Positions 55,706 to 64,000 of a DNA stretch of 64,000 nt are shown here, piece after piece (the first letter of the stretch is position 1; every line of letters begins with the position of its first letter). The translations under genes were made by a program, and so were the position numbers. Origin of the DNA: a virus (Duplodnaviria; Heunggongvirae; Uroviricota; Caudoviricetes); IMG/VR virus record IMGVR_UViG_2706796243_000001; one strand, given 5' to 3'. The notes below the pieces were generated by a model. It searched no databases. It was given only the letters and a program-made list of their open reading frames with translations, and was not told the DNA's origin.

Positions 55706-56211
55706 AATTGTGACAACAGGTTAATTGCTTCATGATGTTCTTTCATCTTTGTCAGACGAAGATACATGCCGTGGTATTTACGGACACGCAACAAATCCTT
55801 ATCTGTAAGACCTTTCAGGCGACGAACATCAGAGTTATGGCGTAGGTCTGCAAGTTTCACACGAACAGCATCATAGTTGCTTGCAATGCCCTGGAAATAT
55901 TCCTCCGGTGTTTGATTGGGGGTCTTTGTCAGAAGAACCACAGCATCTTCCACACGGTTGGAGAAGCCCAGAATGACCAGATCAGCAGCCGTTACATCGG
56001 TATCTTCCAACACATCGTGCAGGACAGCAATCGCCATGAGTTGAAAATCATCAGTCTTCAGGTAGTGCATTACCTTCAGGGGATGAAGGATATAAGGATT
56101 ACCGCCCTTGTCTTTCTGATTCAGGTGGCCCTCTGCTGCGATCTTGATAGCCAGAGCAAGTTCTTGCGCCGGGGTTAAAACTGGAATCGTGGAATTGAAA
56201 GTTCGTACCAT
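55702..56211 (-). CDS. RelA/SpoT-type HD hydrolase (small alarmone hydrolase-like)
   Basis: H..Q.DKGGNPYILHP..V, LHDVLEDT, V..LT, VKLAD..HN. Confidence 0.85.
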   Translation of the reverse strand: MVRTFNSTIPVLTPAQELALAIKIAAEGHLNQKDKGGNPYILHPLKVMHYLKTDDFQLMAIAVLHDVLEDTDVTAADLVILGFSNRVEDAVVLLTKTPNQTPEEYFQGIASNYDAVRVKLADLRHNSDVRRLKGLTDKDLLRVRKYHGMYLRLTKMKEHHEAINLLSQL

Positions 56212-57203
56212 CTTTGTTGCTCCATCATATTAAAAGGTTTGATCTTGAGTGTATCAAAACCATCAATGTTGTCAAGCCAGAACTCATCTTTATATCCAGC
56301 CATTTCCATCATCATTAACTCTTCCGGGCTGGGTGTTTCCCCTGCCATCATATTTTTGAGTCTTTCATCCCAACGGAAGGTGAATAATGTCTCATTCTTA
56401 TTGCAAATCAACAACGCTTCACGGGCATTCTTGATCTTAACGCCGCGATCACGCAAGTGGAAGACGCTGTGACCAATGTGGTTGCACTGCACATCGAAGT
56501 TATCCCTGTCCTTGAAGTCGCAAAATACAAGAAGATCTCCGATAGACAAGGAGATCCCAAGAATATCAATATCGTTTCTTGACCTCTGCGTGAATTTTGA
56601 ACCAAAGCCGTATCTGCGGAACTCTGCATTGATTAAAAGGTCTGGTTCACAACGCCCCATTTGTCTGATCAGGGGCTTCAACAAACTGAGAAACTCCCTT
56701 GTACGACTTGAAAACCTCCAAGCAGAACTCTTTGTAAAGGCATCCCCATCCCCATGCCCCCGGATAATGGCAGAGACATTCCCTCTTGAGACCTCTTCCC
56801 GCTCGAACGGGCTTGAGTTAAAGGCCCTGTCTCTGACATCTACCTCCAGACGGGCCAAAAACCTCTTATCCAGGCTCTCCCGCCGATAACCATCCCAGTC
56901 ATAACCCCAGAACCAAGAAAATGGTCCTTCTCTCCTATCCACCCTTTCAAGCAGGCCCTTGAGTAGTTCAGCCAGGGGATTGTCTTCCATCACCCTTGGG
57001 TTCAACCCTGAAAGAAAATCATCGGTATTCATTCTTGGCGTATCCCAGACACCCATCATTGCCATTTGACGGTACTCGTGCTCTTTTTGCCAGTGCTCGA
57101 TCAGGGCGCGAGTGGTCTGGTCATCTTTTAATAAGCTCCAGTCGATATCTGCTGTAACCTTGGGGGCATTTACTTGTCTAACATCAACGTTGAATTTGTT
57201 CAT
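56175..57203 (-). CDS. Hypothetical protein (342 aa)
   Basis: Start moved to ATG 57203 (GAAGGAAGG SD), first gene after the leftward promoter. Confidence 0.75.
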   Translation of the reverse strand: MNKFNVDVRQVNAPKVTADIDWSLLKDDQTTRALIEHWQKEHEYRQMAMMGVWDTPRMNTDDFLSGLNPRVMEDNPLAELLKGLLERVDRREGPFSWFWGYDWDGYRRESLDKRFLARLEVDVRDRAFNSSPFEREEVSRGNVSAIIRGHGDGDAFTKSSAWRFSSRTREFLSLLKPLIRQMGRCEPDLLINAEFRRYGFGSKFTQRSRNDIDILGISLSIGDLLVFCDFKDRDNFDVQCNHIGHSVFHLRDRGVKIKNAREALLICNKNETLFTFRWDERLKNMMAGETPSPEELMMMEMAGYKDEFWLDNIDGFDTLKIKPFNMMEQQRWYELSIPRFQF

Positions 57204-57234
57204 TTTTATCCTTCCTTCAAACAAAAGTACACAA

Positions 57235-57263
57235 AGCATACACTGTAAAGAATTTGAAATCAA
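57235..57263 (-). promoter_or_regulatory. Leftward sigma70-like promoter TTGATT-17-TATGCT
   Basis: At the strand switch, back-to-back with the rightward promoter. Confidence 0.7.
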
Positions 57264-57266
57264 GTG

Positions 57267-57295
57267 TTGACAGCGCGGAATGAATGCCAGATAAT
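57267..57295 (+). promoter_or_regulatory. Rightward sigma70-like promoter TTGACA-17-GATAAT
   Basis: Upstream of AGGAG SD and ATG 57333. Confidence 0.75.
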
Positions 57296-57332
57296 TCACC
57301 CCACAAGAACGGGAACAACCCAGGAGTAGAAC

Positions 57333-58208
57333 ATGATTGACTGGAAAAAAGAATTTACACAAAACGAGATGAAAAATCTCGAAGAGCGTTACCACACAAA
57401 GATTGAGCGTACAAGAAAACGTGGTATCGAGTTCTCACTCACCCTCGATGATTGGTTCATGATGGGTAAGAAGTTACTCGGTATGGGTACTTGCGACTAC
57501 ACCAACATGCCGTTTCATATGGGAACCGTGGCGGGTTATAACCCAAAATACCCTTCAGTTGAACGTATCGACGATAAAAAAGGTTATGTGCGTGGCAACG
57601 TCTGTGTTGTAATGCGTCGTGCCAACGAATTGAAAGATTGTTTGGTTGACAAGAAGACCGCAATCACTATAATTGAACCGCTTGATCGCGAGATTGTTCA
57701 GGCAATGATGCTGAACATGTCAAAAGACCACATGGAAATGCTGAAAACTAAATATATCCCACAACAGGAGAACGAGATGATTGCTATCGAAGAGAAACTG
57801 AGCCAGGAAGCAGAAAAGCATATGCACAAGGGCGAAGTTACTGAGGAAGTAACCAAGGCTGTGGAAGAGGTCGTAGAAAAAGCACCGGAGCCAGCAAAAC
57901 TGCCGGATGACGTAGCGGTAGCTCTGGCGTATGCAAACTACTGCAAAACCTTCTCTGATGTAGGGATGAATGTAAGTGTGACATATGCACAGTTCAAGGC
58001 AAAATATGTCCGTAACACCTGCTCGATGACAGGGGAGAAGTTGACAGGTGAACCCAAGTCAATCCTGATCCTCGACCTTAAACTTGGCTTTGCGAAAGAT
58101 AATTTCATCATTGTATCCAAGAAAATGGAAACAGCAATGACCCAATTGATGATCCAGACAGGTCTCAGTCTGCCGAAGATCACCGCGATGCTGAACAAGG
58201 TGGTATAA
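57333..58208 (+). CDS. Srd-like putative anti-sigma factor with a duplicated domain
   Basis: RKRGIEFSL...CDYT..PF...SVERID..KGYVRGNV resembles T4 Srd; degenerate second copy at the C-terminus. Confidence 0.6.
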   Translation: MIDWKKEFTQNEMKNLEERYHTKIERTRKRGIEFSLTLDDWFMMGKKLLGMGTCDYTNMPFHMGTVAGYNPKYPSVERIDDKKGYVRGNVCVVMRRANELKDCLVDKKTAITIIEPLDREIVQAMMLNMSKDHMEMLKTKYIPQQENEMIAIEEKLSQEAEKHMHKGEVTEEVTKAVEEVVEKAPEPAKLPDDVAVALAYANYCKTFSDVGMNVSVTYAQFKAKYVRNTCSMTGEKLTGEPKSILILDLKLGFAKDNFIIVSKKMETAMTQLMIQTGLSLPKITAMLNKVV

Positions 58209-58465
58209 TGTACGAACACATCTTGGGCCGACCAGCAACGGCCCCTGAACAAAAGATGCTGGATCATGGTTTCAAGCCTGCGATTGTAGTTGGTGAGGGG
58301 GTTATGATTATCGACGAAGCCCATTCTGGAAAGGTGGATGCAATTGTACTGTTTGCTGTTCCACCAACCCCGTATGAGCCAAGGCCAAAACTGGCATGGG
58401 GATTCAGGGTGGAAGGAAGAGATTATTTCGTTGAAGAAAAAGAGTTGATCCGCATTCAAAAATGA
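58208..58465 (+). CDS. Hypothetical protein
   Basis: 85 aa; TAATG coupling. Confidence 0.65.
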   Translation: MYEHILGRPATAPEQKMLDHGFKPAIVVGEGVMIIDEAHSGKVDAIVLFAVPPTPYEPRPKLAWGFRVEGRDYFVEEKELIRIQK

Positions 58466-59952
58466 CATATACTGAGGCCATCTTGATTGATGGCCTTTTT
58501 TATTTGGAGAGAGATATGTATAAAGACGAAAGCGAAATGATTGAAAAGCTTCAGAAAGATGCTCTGAAGGTCATTCAATCTGCACGTATTGCATTGTTAC
58601 AACAGCGCCCATTTTACGGGACTTTGCTGAGTTCTTTGCCGATCATCGCTGATTGGCGTTGGTTACCGACTGCGGCGACTGACCACCGCAACCTGTATTA
58701 TAACCCTGAGTTCATCATGGGTATGCCGGAAGAGCGGAAGAAGAAGGTGTTTTCTCGAATTGATAAACACCCCCACATGACTCAGGAACAGAAGGATGAC
58801 TACAAAGAATATATCAATGTATTCTATCGTAAAAAGACACCAAGGGAAGTGGTGGTTATTCTCATCCATGAGACACGCCATATAACCAATGATCATATGG
58901 CTCGTGGTAAGTTCTTCGATTCAAAACTGTACAATATTGCTGCGGATCAGTATATCAACACAGATATTGTGATAAGCGATCTTGGACCACGTTCTCAGGG
59001 TATGCGATTTTTCCCTGGTGGGGCGCAAACAGTCTTTGATAAAAATAAAGAATTCGGATTTATGGCATACTGTTACTGTGATTTCTCTTTCCACGGGATG
59101 ACGGCGGAAGAAATTTACAGCGCCATTCACAAAGGGAAGGCTGTTTCAGGTCACCCAATGGGTACTCATATCGGGGATTATGACCCAGATCGTGACATTC
59201 TTGGGTACACTGATCCACACCCGTGTCAAGGTCCGGTAGCAAAAGATGAGAACTTTGCATGGTCAGCGGGTCTTATTGAGGCTGCATTAAAGGCTGCGGG
59301 TGGTGAAGGACCAAAAGAGGCACGAGAACTGGTAGCCAGAATGCGTAAACCACATATTGATTACATGCAGATCATCAAACAACGAATGATTTCTCGTGTG
59401 AGATCGCATCTTTCGTTCCGTAAACCTGCTCGTAGATCGGGGTCTGTTACGCAAGTGTTAAGAAACTACGGTGCTATCACCAACAAGCAAAGTATCATCT
59501 TGCCAGGAAGGAAGCAACAGGATACAATCGACATCGTTATCGGTTTTGATGTGTCAGGTTCTATATCTCAGACGACACTCACCAAGATCTTCAACGAGAT
59601 TATTGGTTTGTGTCTGCTTTATAAAACATTCCGTGTGACATTATTTTGCTGGTCAACGAAGGTTGGTGATGTGAAAGTGTACACACAGGAGAACATCAAA
59701 GAGATGCTGGACTACAATGTAACCTCCACAGGCGGTACTATGGCAGGTGTGGCATTCCAGTACATCGAAGATAACATTCCGAAGGCAACAGATGTGATAA
59801 TCTTCACTGATGGGTATATTGAGGATCTCAGTCATCGGAAAAAAGACTGGGGTCGTAAATGGGAAACACTGTGGGTCCTTTGCGGTAGAAACCGTGCGAA
59901 GTTTGATCCACCTTTCGGAAGGGCGGTAGATTTAGATGAGCACTCAAAATAA
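58462..59952 (+). CDS. Metallopeptidase-like (DUF2201) plus vWA domain protein
   Basis: TAATD, HETRH (HExxH), NIAAD..IN; MIDAS DVSGS, GGT, IFTDG. Confidence 0.88.
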   Translation: MTYTEAILIDGLFYLERDMYKDESEMIEKLQKDALKVIQSARIALLQQRPFYGTLLSSLPIIADWRWLPTAATDHRNLYYNPEFIMGMPEERKKKVFSRIDKHPHMTQEQKDDYKEYINVFYRKKTPREVVVILIHETRHITNDHMARGKFFDSKLYNIAADQYINTDIVISDLGPRSQGMRFFPGGAQTVFDKNKEFGFMAYCYCDFSFHGMTAEEIYSAIHKGKAVSGHPMGTHIGDYDPDRDILGYTDPHPCQGPVAKDENFAWSAGLIEAALKAAGGEGPKEARELVARMRKPHIDYMQIIKQRMISRVRSHLSFRKPARRSGSVTQVLRNYGAITNKQSIILPGRKQQDTIDIVIGFDVSGSISQTTLTKIFNEIIGLCLLYKTFRVTLFCWSTKVGDVKVYTQENIKEMLDYNVTSTGGTMAGVAFQYIEDNIPKATDVIIFTDGYIEDLSHRKKDWGRKWETLWVLCGRNRAKFDPPFGRAVDLDEHSK

Positions 59953-60322
59953 AATCGTCGCCGTTGGTCTCGGTGTGGATGTGGATTTCATGTACACCGG
60001 GGCAATTGTGCGAATAATCTTCAAAAAGGATGGTTGTGAGCATTGTGAGTACCTCACAACTTCCAACAGGAGAACCTTGAGCCTTAAGAAGTTCAAGGGA
60101 GGAGAGTGGGAGACCATTATCCCACCAGATTACACGGTAAATCCTCTGGAGATCACCACAGAGGAGGAGTTTATGGTTAGTATTTTACCTGGACTTTCAC
60201 CATTTGAGAGGTCTTTGTACACTATGGCGGGTGTAATTACCCGCATGTGGCATAATGATGCTGATGAAGAATATGCGAAGAAGTATGTTATTGAATTCTT
60301 AAGAGATTATCTGGAGTGGTGA
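59936..60322 (+). CDS. Hypothetical protein
   Basis: 128 aa, overlaps both neighbours. Confidence 0.65.
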   Translation: MSTQNKIVAVGLGVDVDFMYTGAIVRIIFKKDGCEHCEYLTTSNRRTLSLKKFKGGEWETIIPPDYTVNPLEITTEEEFMVSILPGLSPFERSLYTMAGVITRMWHNDADEEYAKKYVIEFLRDYLEW

Positions 60323-60951
60323 GAATGAAAATGTTAAATTCAAAGCAAATGTGTATACCTGATCTCTTGACTCAGGATGAAAAATTGACTGGGGATGATG
60401 TTCTTTGCTATTGCAAGGTAAAAAGATGCTTCGATTCTCGGAGAGATATTAAAAATTACCCTGTAGAACTTCTTTTCTTAGATACTAAGATGGAATGGGG
60501 GTTGTTCAGTCAATGCCTGAGAAATCTGGAGAGCAGAGGTTTCTTGCTTTTGGATCGAGAAAATAAAACAGTTACTATGGCAGATTATGCTTACTTATAT
60601 AGCCCTGGTGGTAAAAATAAGTCTTTGTATATTGGCAGGTTTTGTGATGGTGTTTGTAAAGTAGGTATTACGCAAAACCCTAGTGAACGGGAAAAGCAAC
60701 TTTCTCAATATGGTAGTGTTTTCACAATGGAATTTGTGTATACTTTTGAGAATGGGGGCCTGGCAGGGCATTTAGAAAGGATGATAAAGTGGCAGATTCC
60801 AATGATGGATTTGAGGATACCTGGTGGCACAGAGTGCTTTGAAAGCAAGTATTTTGAAAAGGCTGTAGGTATTGTCGATGGATTTTTATCATCTGTCTAT
60901 TGTGGAGAGGTTACAGTTGTCCAGAAAGAGCGAGAGGTGGGTAGCTTGTGA
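60316..60951 (+). CDS. HTH fused to T5orf172/GIY-YIG-like nuclease
   Basis: LYIG....VCKVGITQNPSEREKQL...LER.IK......TECF. Confidence 0.75.
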   Translation: MVRMKMLNSKQMCIPDLLTQDEKLTGDDVLCYCKVKRCFDSRRDIKNYPVELLFLDTKMEWGLFSQCLRNLESRGFLLLDRENKTVTMADYAYLYSPGGKNKSLYIGRFCDGVCKVGITQNPSEREKQLSQYGSVFTMEFVYTFENGGLAGHLERMIKWQIPMMDLRIPGGTECFESKYFEKAVGIVDGFLSSVYCGEVTVVQKEREVGSL

Positions 60952-61195
60952 TGAGAAGGAGTTACATGACAAGAATCTGTCCTGTACAGATCTTCGTGTC
61001 CTGCTGCATATAAAATACAAAGCCGGATACTTAGAGACAAAATCAAAGAAATATTTCGCAAGTTACAAGACGATAAGCGAGGCCACTGGTGTTTCTGAAA
61101 GGTCCATCAGTACCTCTATAAAAAACTTGGTCACACACGGCTACTTATCTGTGGAAAGGAGAGGCATGAGCACATACGAATACACCGTGCTGTGA
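60872..61195 (+). CDS. Winged HTH protein (replication-organizer-like)
   Basis: LS..DLRVLL.I...FASYKTISEATGVSERSISTSIKNL...GYL.VERR. Confidence 0.8.
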   Translation: MSMDFYHLSIVERLQLSRKSERWVACDEKELHDKNLSCTDLRVLLHIKYKAGYLETKSKKYFASYKTISEATGVSERSISTSIKNLVTHGYLSVERRGMSTYEYTVL

Positions 61196-61231
61196 TGCAA
61201 AATTTGCACCTCGTGTCCTGCAAAATTTGCA
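61196..61231. repeat. Two 13-bp palindromes TGCAAAATTTGCA, 23 bp apart
   Basis: 61196-61208 and 61219-61231, followed by a tract that is about 82% AT (61231-61320). Confidence 0.85.
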
Positions 61232-61303
61232 TATGAATACATATATAAATTAATACACATAAGGTCTTTAAAAACTAAAAACAAAAGATCTTTTATAAAA
61301 GAC

Positions 61304-61331
61304 TTGATTTATGTTTTTGTTAGTGTATAGT
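61304..61331 (+). promoter_or_regulatory. Sigma70-like promoter TTGATT-16-TATAGT
   Basis: Just downstream of palindrome TCTTTTATAAAAGA (61289-61302). Confidence 0.55.
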
Positions 61332-61467
61332 TGGTTTCAAGAGGAAGTGATGGAGCGATAGCGAAGCACTTCAGATGTGTGTGGAAGTTCAATGTGAACG
61401 GAGCCGATTGGCGACAGGGGCAAACTTGTTTACCCGATCTACTCCGGGGCGGCGCGGAGGCCGAAAA

Positions 61468-61842
61468 ATGGTTAATATTAAACGTTCTATTCAACGTCTG
61501 GTTCCGAAGTACCGTGTGATGACCAGTAGCTCAAGTTGCTCTTGTCATGTTGATGACAGTTGCGATTGTATGCCAAGCCTGTACTTGACTATGGATGGCC
61601 TGACAGGTTACGGCGCTGCACACTGGACCTACACAGACGATAGCTGCCCTAAAGCGGTGGACTCGTGGGGAAAAGCATACTGGTGTTCTTTCCTTGGTCT
61701 GGAGCCATTCTGGGCGATGGGTGAAGACGATGCAGGAGAAACTTTGCGAAATCGTCTTGACATGGCAGGCCAACCTGCTAATATCAATGGCATCAACAAC
61801 AAACGTGCTGAGGCACTGATTGCGGAGCTTAATGAGAAATGA
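61468..61842 (+). CDS. Hypothetical protein
   Basis: Start moved to ATG 61468 (GGAGG SD); ATGA coupling to the next gene. Confidence 0.55.
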   Translation: MVNIKRSIQRLVPKYRVMTSSSSCSCHVDDSCDCMPSLYLTMDGLTGYGAAHWTYTDDSCPKAVDSWGKAYWCSFLGLEPFWAMGEDDAGETLRNRLDMAGQPANINGINNKRAEALIAELNEK

Positions 61843-62051
61843 AAAAAGTCTTCATACCACTTTTGTTATCCATTCTTTTAACAGGGTGTTATCTGCCAGA
61901 GAAAAGGGATAACGCCAAAGAATATGACTGGGCGATAGAGTTCTGTGGTGGTAAGACCCAGATTGATTCCTTCATGGCTTTTGAGGCACTGTCCTCAAGC
62001 GTTGATTGTAAAGATGGTCGTTCGGCAATTGTGCCAAATTTTTATAAATAG
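61839..62051 (+). CDS. Lipoprotein
   Basis: Lipobox LLTGC. Confidence 0.75.
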   Translation: MKKVFIPLLLSILLTGCYLPEKRDNAKEYDWAIEFCGGKTQIDSFMAFEALSSSVDCKDGRSAIVPNFYK

Positions 62052-62062
62052 GAGAATAACTG

Positions 62063-62710
62063 ATGTCATGGCCTTTTCTGATTTACCTCATTGATGTACT
62101 CACTACTGATGGTACTTACGGCGGTTGGGGCTTCCTGCTCTTCATTTCAGCGGTTGCATATGTTATCATGTATGCAATTCAGAAGACTTACGAAGAGACG
62201 GATGGTAAGAAGGAACGGTTTGGATTCTTTCTGGGGCAGAACCTTGTCCTGAATCAGGACTGGTCCAATTATAAAGCCGGAGATGTGTTAGTTGTCACCA
62301 GGATTGATAATGATGGTACAATGATGGTACGTTATCCTAATGGTGATACTTCTGGTTGGCTGCGTTTCGAAGTTTTGGGGGAGGTAACAGCACCTCGTCA
62401 ACGTGAAGCAGAGCGCCAACCTGTGCCTAAGCGCGACCTGACAAAAGGGCCTCGTAAGATTGCTGTGTTCGGTATGGTGGTATGTTTCCTGGGGATTGTA
62501 TATGCAAACTTCATGCCTCAGAAAGAAACAGCTTACAAAATGCTGGCGGCGTATGTCGGTCAGAATGTGGTAGAATCACCACGTACTCAGCAACTGGCTG
62601 ACAGCACCATCAAGTACCTTGATGCGCAGATCAAGAAGTACACCGAAGAACTGGATTCTGCTGCAAAAGCCGCTGAAGCTGAGAAGGCAAAAGAGAAGGA
62701 GTCTAAATGA
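62063..62710 (+). CDS. Membrane protein with an SH3-like insert
   Basis: Two TM segments; MPQKETAYKMLAAYVGQ motif; AGGAG SD. Confidence 0.75.
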   Translation: MSWPFLIYLIDVLTTDGTYGGWGFLLFISAVAYVIMYAIQKTYEETDGKKERFGFFLGQNLVLNQDWSNYKAGDVLVVTRIDNDGTMMVRYPNGDTSGWLRFEVLGEVTAPRQREAERQPVPKRDLTKGPRKIAVFGMVVCFLGIVYANFMPQKETAYKMLAAYVGQNVVESPRTQQLADSTIKYLDAQIKKYTEELDSAAKAAEAEKAKEKESK

Positions 62711-63042
62711 CCGGAATCGCTGAACGCGTACTCCAGTCCTCAGTCCGGGCGCAAGCCCGGTCTACTGTTTCTGTCATGATGAATCTGGTAGAGGAAGTTG
62801 GAGAACTGGCACGAGCACTGAATCGCCCTTATCGTTGTGATGAACCTGCAATCGCAGAGATTGCCGATGTGATCAACTGTGCAATCGACCTCGCTTACAT
62901 GCTTGAGCTTCAGGACTGTATAAACCCTCGCGATTCTGATCGGAAAGAGATCGCAGAAACCGTCCAGCGTCGTCTTGAACATTATGTTGACAAGAAGTGC
63001 AATAAGTGGGACAGTATCGTAGAGAAGATGGGGGCTGAGTGA
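62707..63042 (+). CDS. mazG: MazG-like nucleotide pyrophosphohydrolase
   Basis: LVEEVGELARAL...EIADVINCAIDL. Confidence 0.8.
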   Translation: MTGIAERVLQSSVRAQARSTVSVMMNLVEEVGELARALNRPYRCDEPAIAEIADVINCAIDLAYMLELQDCINPRDSDRKEIAETVQRRLEHYVDKKCNKWDSIVEKMGAE

Positions 63043-63428
63043 AATCATTTGAGAAAAAGCGTATAGCGCTTGATTTCGATGACACATTCACTCTTGATCC
63101 GGAAAGGTGGTCGCAGTTCGTCCACCTCTTCTGTTCAAGAGATTCAGACTGGTCTGTCAAGTTCGTGACATTCCGATTCGAAACTGACAGGAACGATGAT
63201 ATCAAATACTGGGCTGAAGAACTTGGAATAGGCATCATTTACTGCGGCGGAGTGCAAAAGGCCGCTGTCTGTGCAAAGCTGGGGTGGATACCGGATATCT
63301 GGATCGATGATTTCCCTGTATTGATCCCCATGAAACAACAACTCCAGGGTATGATCCTTGGGATAGAGAAAAATGAGGAGAAATTGAATGGCGAAGCTCG
63401 GAAAGAGGAAATACCCCGCGCTGTATAA
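63039..63428 (+). CDS. HAD-family phosphatase (PNKP phosphatase-like)
   Basis: ALDFDDTFT, VT.R, K, WIDD. Confidence 0.8.
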   Translation: MKSFEKKRIALDFDDTFTLDPERWSQFVHLFCSRDSDWSVKFVTFRFETDRNDDIKYWAEELGIGIIYCGGVQKAAVCAKLGWIPDIWIDDFPVLIPMKQQLQGMILGIEKNEEKLNGEARKEEIPRAV

Positions 63429-63798
63429 CAAAGACACCGGGGCATGGTATACAGGGTATGAGAACGATTACGGTATTGAACGAAAAGTCGAAAGATCAGA
63501 ACAACACCAGATCCGTCACCTTGAAATCCAGTATACCGGATTCAGCCGTGGGCGGTCTGCTGCAAACATTGACATTGTTGACAGCGATGGCAACAAGTAT
63601 ATCATGTCGATGTCTGGTTTCGACTTACTAATGAAACTGGTCGATGCACCAGCAGCCCTACTGCGTGAAGAAAAGTTGACCAACTTCGACATCATGCGTA
63701 AGACAAGCCTAGTTGGGGGTGGTGTTTGGTACACAGGATCTTTCTGTCAGACGAAGCAGGGCCAGAACTACTTCATTGAGCCTGTGGAGGTGCGTTGA
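63388..63798 (+). CDS. Hypothetical protein
   Basis: 136 aa; GAGGAG SD. Confidence 0.7.
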   Translation: MAKLGKRKYPALYNKDTGAWYTGYENDYGIERKVERSEQHQIRHLEIQYTGFSRGRSAANIDIVDSDGNKYIMSMSGFDLLMKLVDAPAALLREEKLTNFDIMRKTSLVGGGVWYTGSFCQTKQGQNYFIEPVEVR

Positions 63799-63950
63799 TG
63801 AAGATCCCTTACTACACCTTCAAGTTCTGGGAGAAGATGTATGACCTGAGATACTTCATGTTCGGAAACTTACCAATCACCTATGATGTAAAGCATAAAA
63901 TGAACATGGCATACATGAAGTATCAGATGAGCCAGAAGCACGGTCAGTAA
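63798..63950 (+). CDS. 50-aa hypothetical protein not in the ORF track
   Basis: TGATG coupling, GGAGG SD; MKIPYYTFKFWEK...KHGQ*. Confidence 0.6.
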   Translation: MKIPYYTFKFWEKMYDLRYFMFGNLPITYDVKHKMNMAYMKYQMSQKHGQ

Positions 63951-64000
63951 GATCTGACACCACAATGCCCCGTATGTTGCGTAGAAACGCTTCTGCGGGG

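Noticed and set aside
1-64000. CRISPR array, tRNA genes, DGR/retron reverse transcriptase
   Set aside because: No regularly spaced repeat-spacer units, no T-loop/CCA cloverleaf and no YADD-type RT seen. The 307-395 cloverleaf lacks tRNA consensus. tRNAscan and Infernal would be definitive
63966-64000. GCCCCG...CGGGG hairpin with possible TTGCGT -35 at the window end
   Set aside because: Truncated by the window edge; the -10 and U-tract cannot be seen
1-64000. Stop-codon reassignment as the cause of the polymerase split
   Set aside because: All other genes read through under code 11, and the breaks are fully explained by introns

Overview
64-kb segment of a lytic myovirus of enterobacteria. 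Gene content and order resemble rV5/PVP-SE1/phi92-like (Vequintavirinae-like) phages; this placement is inferred, not searched. There are three blocks. (1) 1-23.5 kb, + strand: contractile-tail module with sheath, tube, a -1 frameshifted G/GT chaperone, tape measure, baseplate and several receptor-binding proteins, including a GH8-like glycosidase and a WcaM-like (colanic acid) tailspike. (2) 23.5-57.2 kb, - strand: replication and accessory genes, namely SSB-like protein, PnuC and NadR, primase-helicase, C5-methyltransferase, Pif1/Dda-like helicase, rIIA/rIIB, SleB, Rnl2, a macrodomain, a Tad2-like small protein, a MoxR-like AAA ATPase and an HD hydrolase. This block also holds a family A DNA polymerase split by two group IA introns, each carrying an HNH endonuclease, inserted in motif B (TYG^IMYG) and motif C (YH^DE). 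(3) 57.3-64 kb, + strand: Srd-like protein, metallopeptidase-vWA, HTH/GIY-YIG genes followed by iteron-like palindromes, MazG and HAD. Main leads: the twin polymerase introns and their built-in regulation, orphan adhesin-like genes that may dock on fibre tips, an NAD/nucleotide-signal counter-defence set, a four-way-junction RNA upstream of the sheath, and a candidate replication origin. No CRISPR array, tRNA or intein was seen. All family assignments come from manual motif recognition; no searches were run.
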